The notes under the pieces were generated by a model. That model worked only from the letters and a program-made list of their open reading frames with translations, ran no database searches and had not been told where the DNA came from. A stretch of DNA of 64,000 nucleotides from a virus. The stretch is taken from positions 16,821 through 80,820 of IMG/VR virus record IMGVR_UViG_3300034139_000007. One strand, 5' to 3'. The translations under genes and the position numbers were made by a program. Positions 62,726-64,000 of the stretch are shown here, in pieces; position 1 is the first letter of the stretch; each line of letters opens with the position of its first letter.

Positions 62726-63044
62726 TCTGGATCTCGCGGTCGGTGCGGACCTGGATGGCGTGAGCCACGACGCGCACCAGCTCCGGCCCCATCTTCCGCT
62801 CATATTCCTTGCAGCGGCGCGAGACGGTCATCTCCATTTCGTGGCCAATGCGGACCGTGGACTTGACCTGGTCGTCGGTCGGGACCCTCATCTGGAAGTC
62901 CTCGCCATCGACGAGATCGAGCCCCATTCGCAGCAGGTATCGAAACTCGGCGTTGCGGCTCCGACCGTTCAGCTTGGCGCGCTTCTGGATTTGGTCCAGT
63001 AGACGTTTCGAGATCTCGATGCTGATGTTGCGCTGGTCGGCCAT
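62658..63044 (-). CDS. tandem Arc-like ribbon-helix-helix regulator
   Basis: NISIEISKRLLDQIQKRAKLNGRSRNAEFRYLL resembles P22 Arc (AEENGRSVNSE); second repeat KSTVRIGHEMEMTVSRRCKEYERKMGPELVRVV. Confidence 0.75.
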   Translation of the reverse strand: MADQRNISIEISKRLLDQIQKRAKLNGRSRNAEFRYLLRMGLDLVDGEDFQMRVPTDDQVKSTVRIGHEMEMTVSRRCKEYERKMGPELVRVVAHAIQVRTDREIQTISDMMSRQGQAGRDTPPPEQP

Positions 63045-63151
63045 TAGGAAGCACTTTCCCTCAATACGGCGGGTATACACGAGGGCTTGACCATCGCAAA
63101 TAGCGATCCTGCAATCCCGGCGCGGACCCCCGCGTCATCTAACAGGAGAAG

Positions 63152-63958
63152 ATGATGGCGGGCGAAGCACGCACTTCCGACTTTTTGCTGACCACCGCGA
63201 CCGTCATGATCGGTCCGCGCGCGTCGGTCATGGAACTGACCCCGGAGAAGCACTCCATCGGTCTGGTCAAGAACGTCCAGGTGACGACCGAACCTCAGTT
63301 CGTGTCGCTGACCCAGGGCGTCGAGGCCATCGAGGTCGCCTCGGTGAACGTGGCCAACCCGGCCCGGATCTCGTCCGAGGTCTATGAGTACACCGCGCGG
63401 AACATGGCCTACGGTGCCGGTATCGACGCCGGTGGCGAGGACTACGATCCGATCACGACCCAGGCCGCTCTAGCCTCGGCCATCACGACCGGCGGCCTGA
63501 CGGTCGCCCTGGAGACCGGTGCCATCGCCGCCAACGACATCGTCGTGGGCGACTTCATCGTCATCCAGGACACGAACCAGGGCGACCTGGTCCACGTCGG
63601 CAAGGTCGGTGCCATCGCGGTCGACACCATCACCCTGGCCACGGGCTATGCGATGCCCACGGACGCCGTCTTCGCCGTGGCCACCACGGTCGTCTACCGC
63701 GTGCGCAACATCAAGGTCGGCTCGCAGCTGAAGCGCCCCCTGTTCGGTGCCAAGCTGGTCGGCCTGCTGCCCGAGACCGGCGAGCCCGTCACGCTGATCT
63801 TCCCGAAGGTCCGCATCACGCGCGGCATGGGGCTCTCGTTCCAGAACGAGAACTTCGCCAACATGCCGTTCGAGTTCATGCCGCAGGCCCTGCTGCCCGC
63901 CGATCCGTTCTATGCGGACTTCGGTGGATCGAAGACCTTCTCGGTCTTCAAGCGATAA
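63152..63958 (+). CDS. major tail (tube) protein
   Basis: AGGAGA SD; IGLVKNV, SEVYEYTARN, FPKV, MPFEF; siphovirus tube-like. Confidence 0.75.
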   Translation: MMAGEARTSDFLLTTATVMIGPRASVMELTPEKHSIGLVKNVQVTTEPQFVSLTQGVEAIEVASVNVANPARISSEVYEYTARNMAYGAGIDAGGEDYDPITTQAALASAITTGGLTVALETGAIAANDIVVGDFIVIQDTNQGDLVHVGKVGAIAVDTITLATGYAMPTDAVFAVATTVVYRVRNIKVGSQLKRPLFGAKLVGLLPETGEPVTLIFPKVRITRGMGLSFQNENFANMPFEFMPQALLPADPFYADFGGSKTFSVFKR

Positions 63959-63971
63959 TATCTACTGGACA
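63959..63971. promoter_or_regulatory. palindromic motif B, copy 8
   Basis: TATCTACTGGACA immediately after the major tail protein stop. Confidence 0.7.
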
Positions 63972-64000
63972 TTCCAGTGCTTGAGCTAGAGCTGCGGGCC

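Noticed and set aside
1-64000. tRNA genes, integrase, reverse transcriptase/DGR, introns or inteins in nrdA, polymerase or terminase
   Set aside because: No cloverleaf/TTCGA arm context or RT/recombinase motifs seen, and these genes are continuous at normal length; by-eye assessment only.

Overview
This window is about 64 kb of a GC-rich dsDNA tailed phage genome. It is probably a siphovirus, and an alphaproteobacterial host is inferred from an apparent near-absence of GANTC sites. No integrase, tRNA or CRISPR array was seen. Left to right: (1) the end of a + strand operon; a lysis cassette (RHH-like regulator, holin-like protein, GH108 endolysin, overlapping i-/o-spanins); a 4-gene fibre-like cassette; and a low-affinity iron permease gene (1-5.2 kb). 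(2) A long - strand block for nucleotide metabolism, replication and recombination: nrdB, nrdA, dNMP kinase, ThyX, MazG-like, ATP-dependent ligase, SbcC/SbcD-like, ASCH-like, DEDD exonuclease, resolvase, family A polymerase, 5'-3' exonuclease, SSB-like, SF2 helicase, HTH regulator, GP88-like, second MazG-like, rIIB/rIIA (5.2-32.8 kb). (3) A - strand accessory/early region of small genes (32.8-48.5 kb). (4) A primase-helicase (49.6-52.1 kb). (5) A + strand head-neck-tail operon: GpA-type terminase, portal, protease/scaffold, decoration protein, major capsid, neck proteins, major tail protein (52.9-64 kb). Most notable observations: a 12-copy palindrome TTTAAC(C/G)GTTAAA confined to gene junctions at 29.4-48.5 kb; a second 8-copy palindrome TRTCYASTRGAYA at operon boundaries; a fibre cassette whose shared N- and C-terminal motifs suggest a head-to-tail polymerising filament; a MazG-like protein whose leader carries a condensed copy of PolA catalytic motifs; a phage-borne iron permease next to the di-iron RNR; and an expanded family of Cys-motif paralogs. 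All calls come from reading motifs by eye; no database searches were run.
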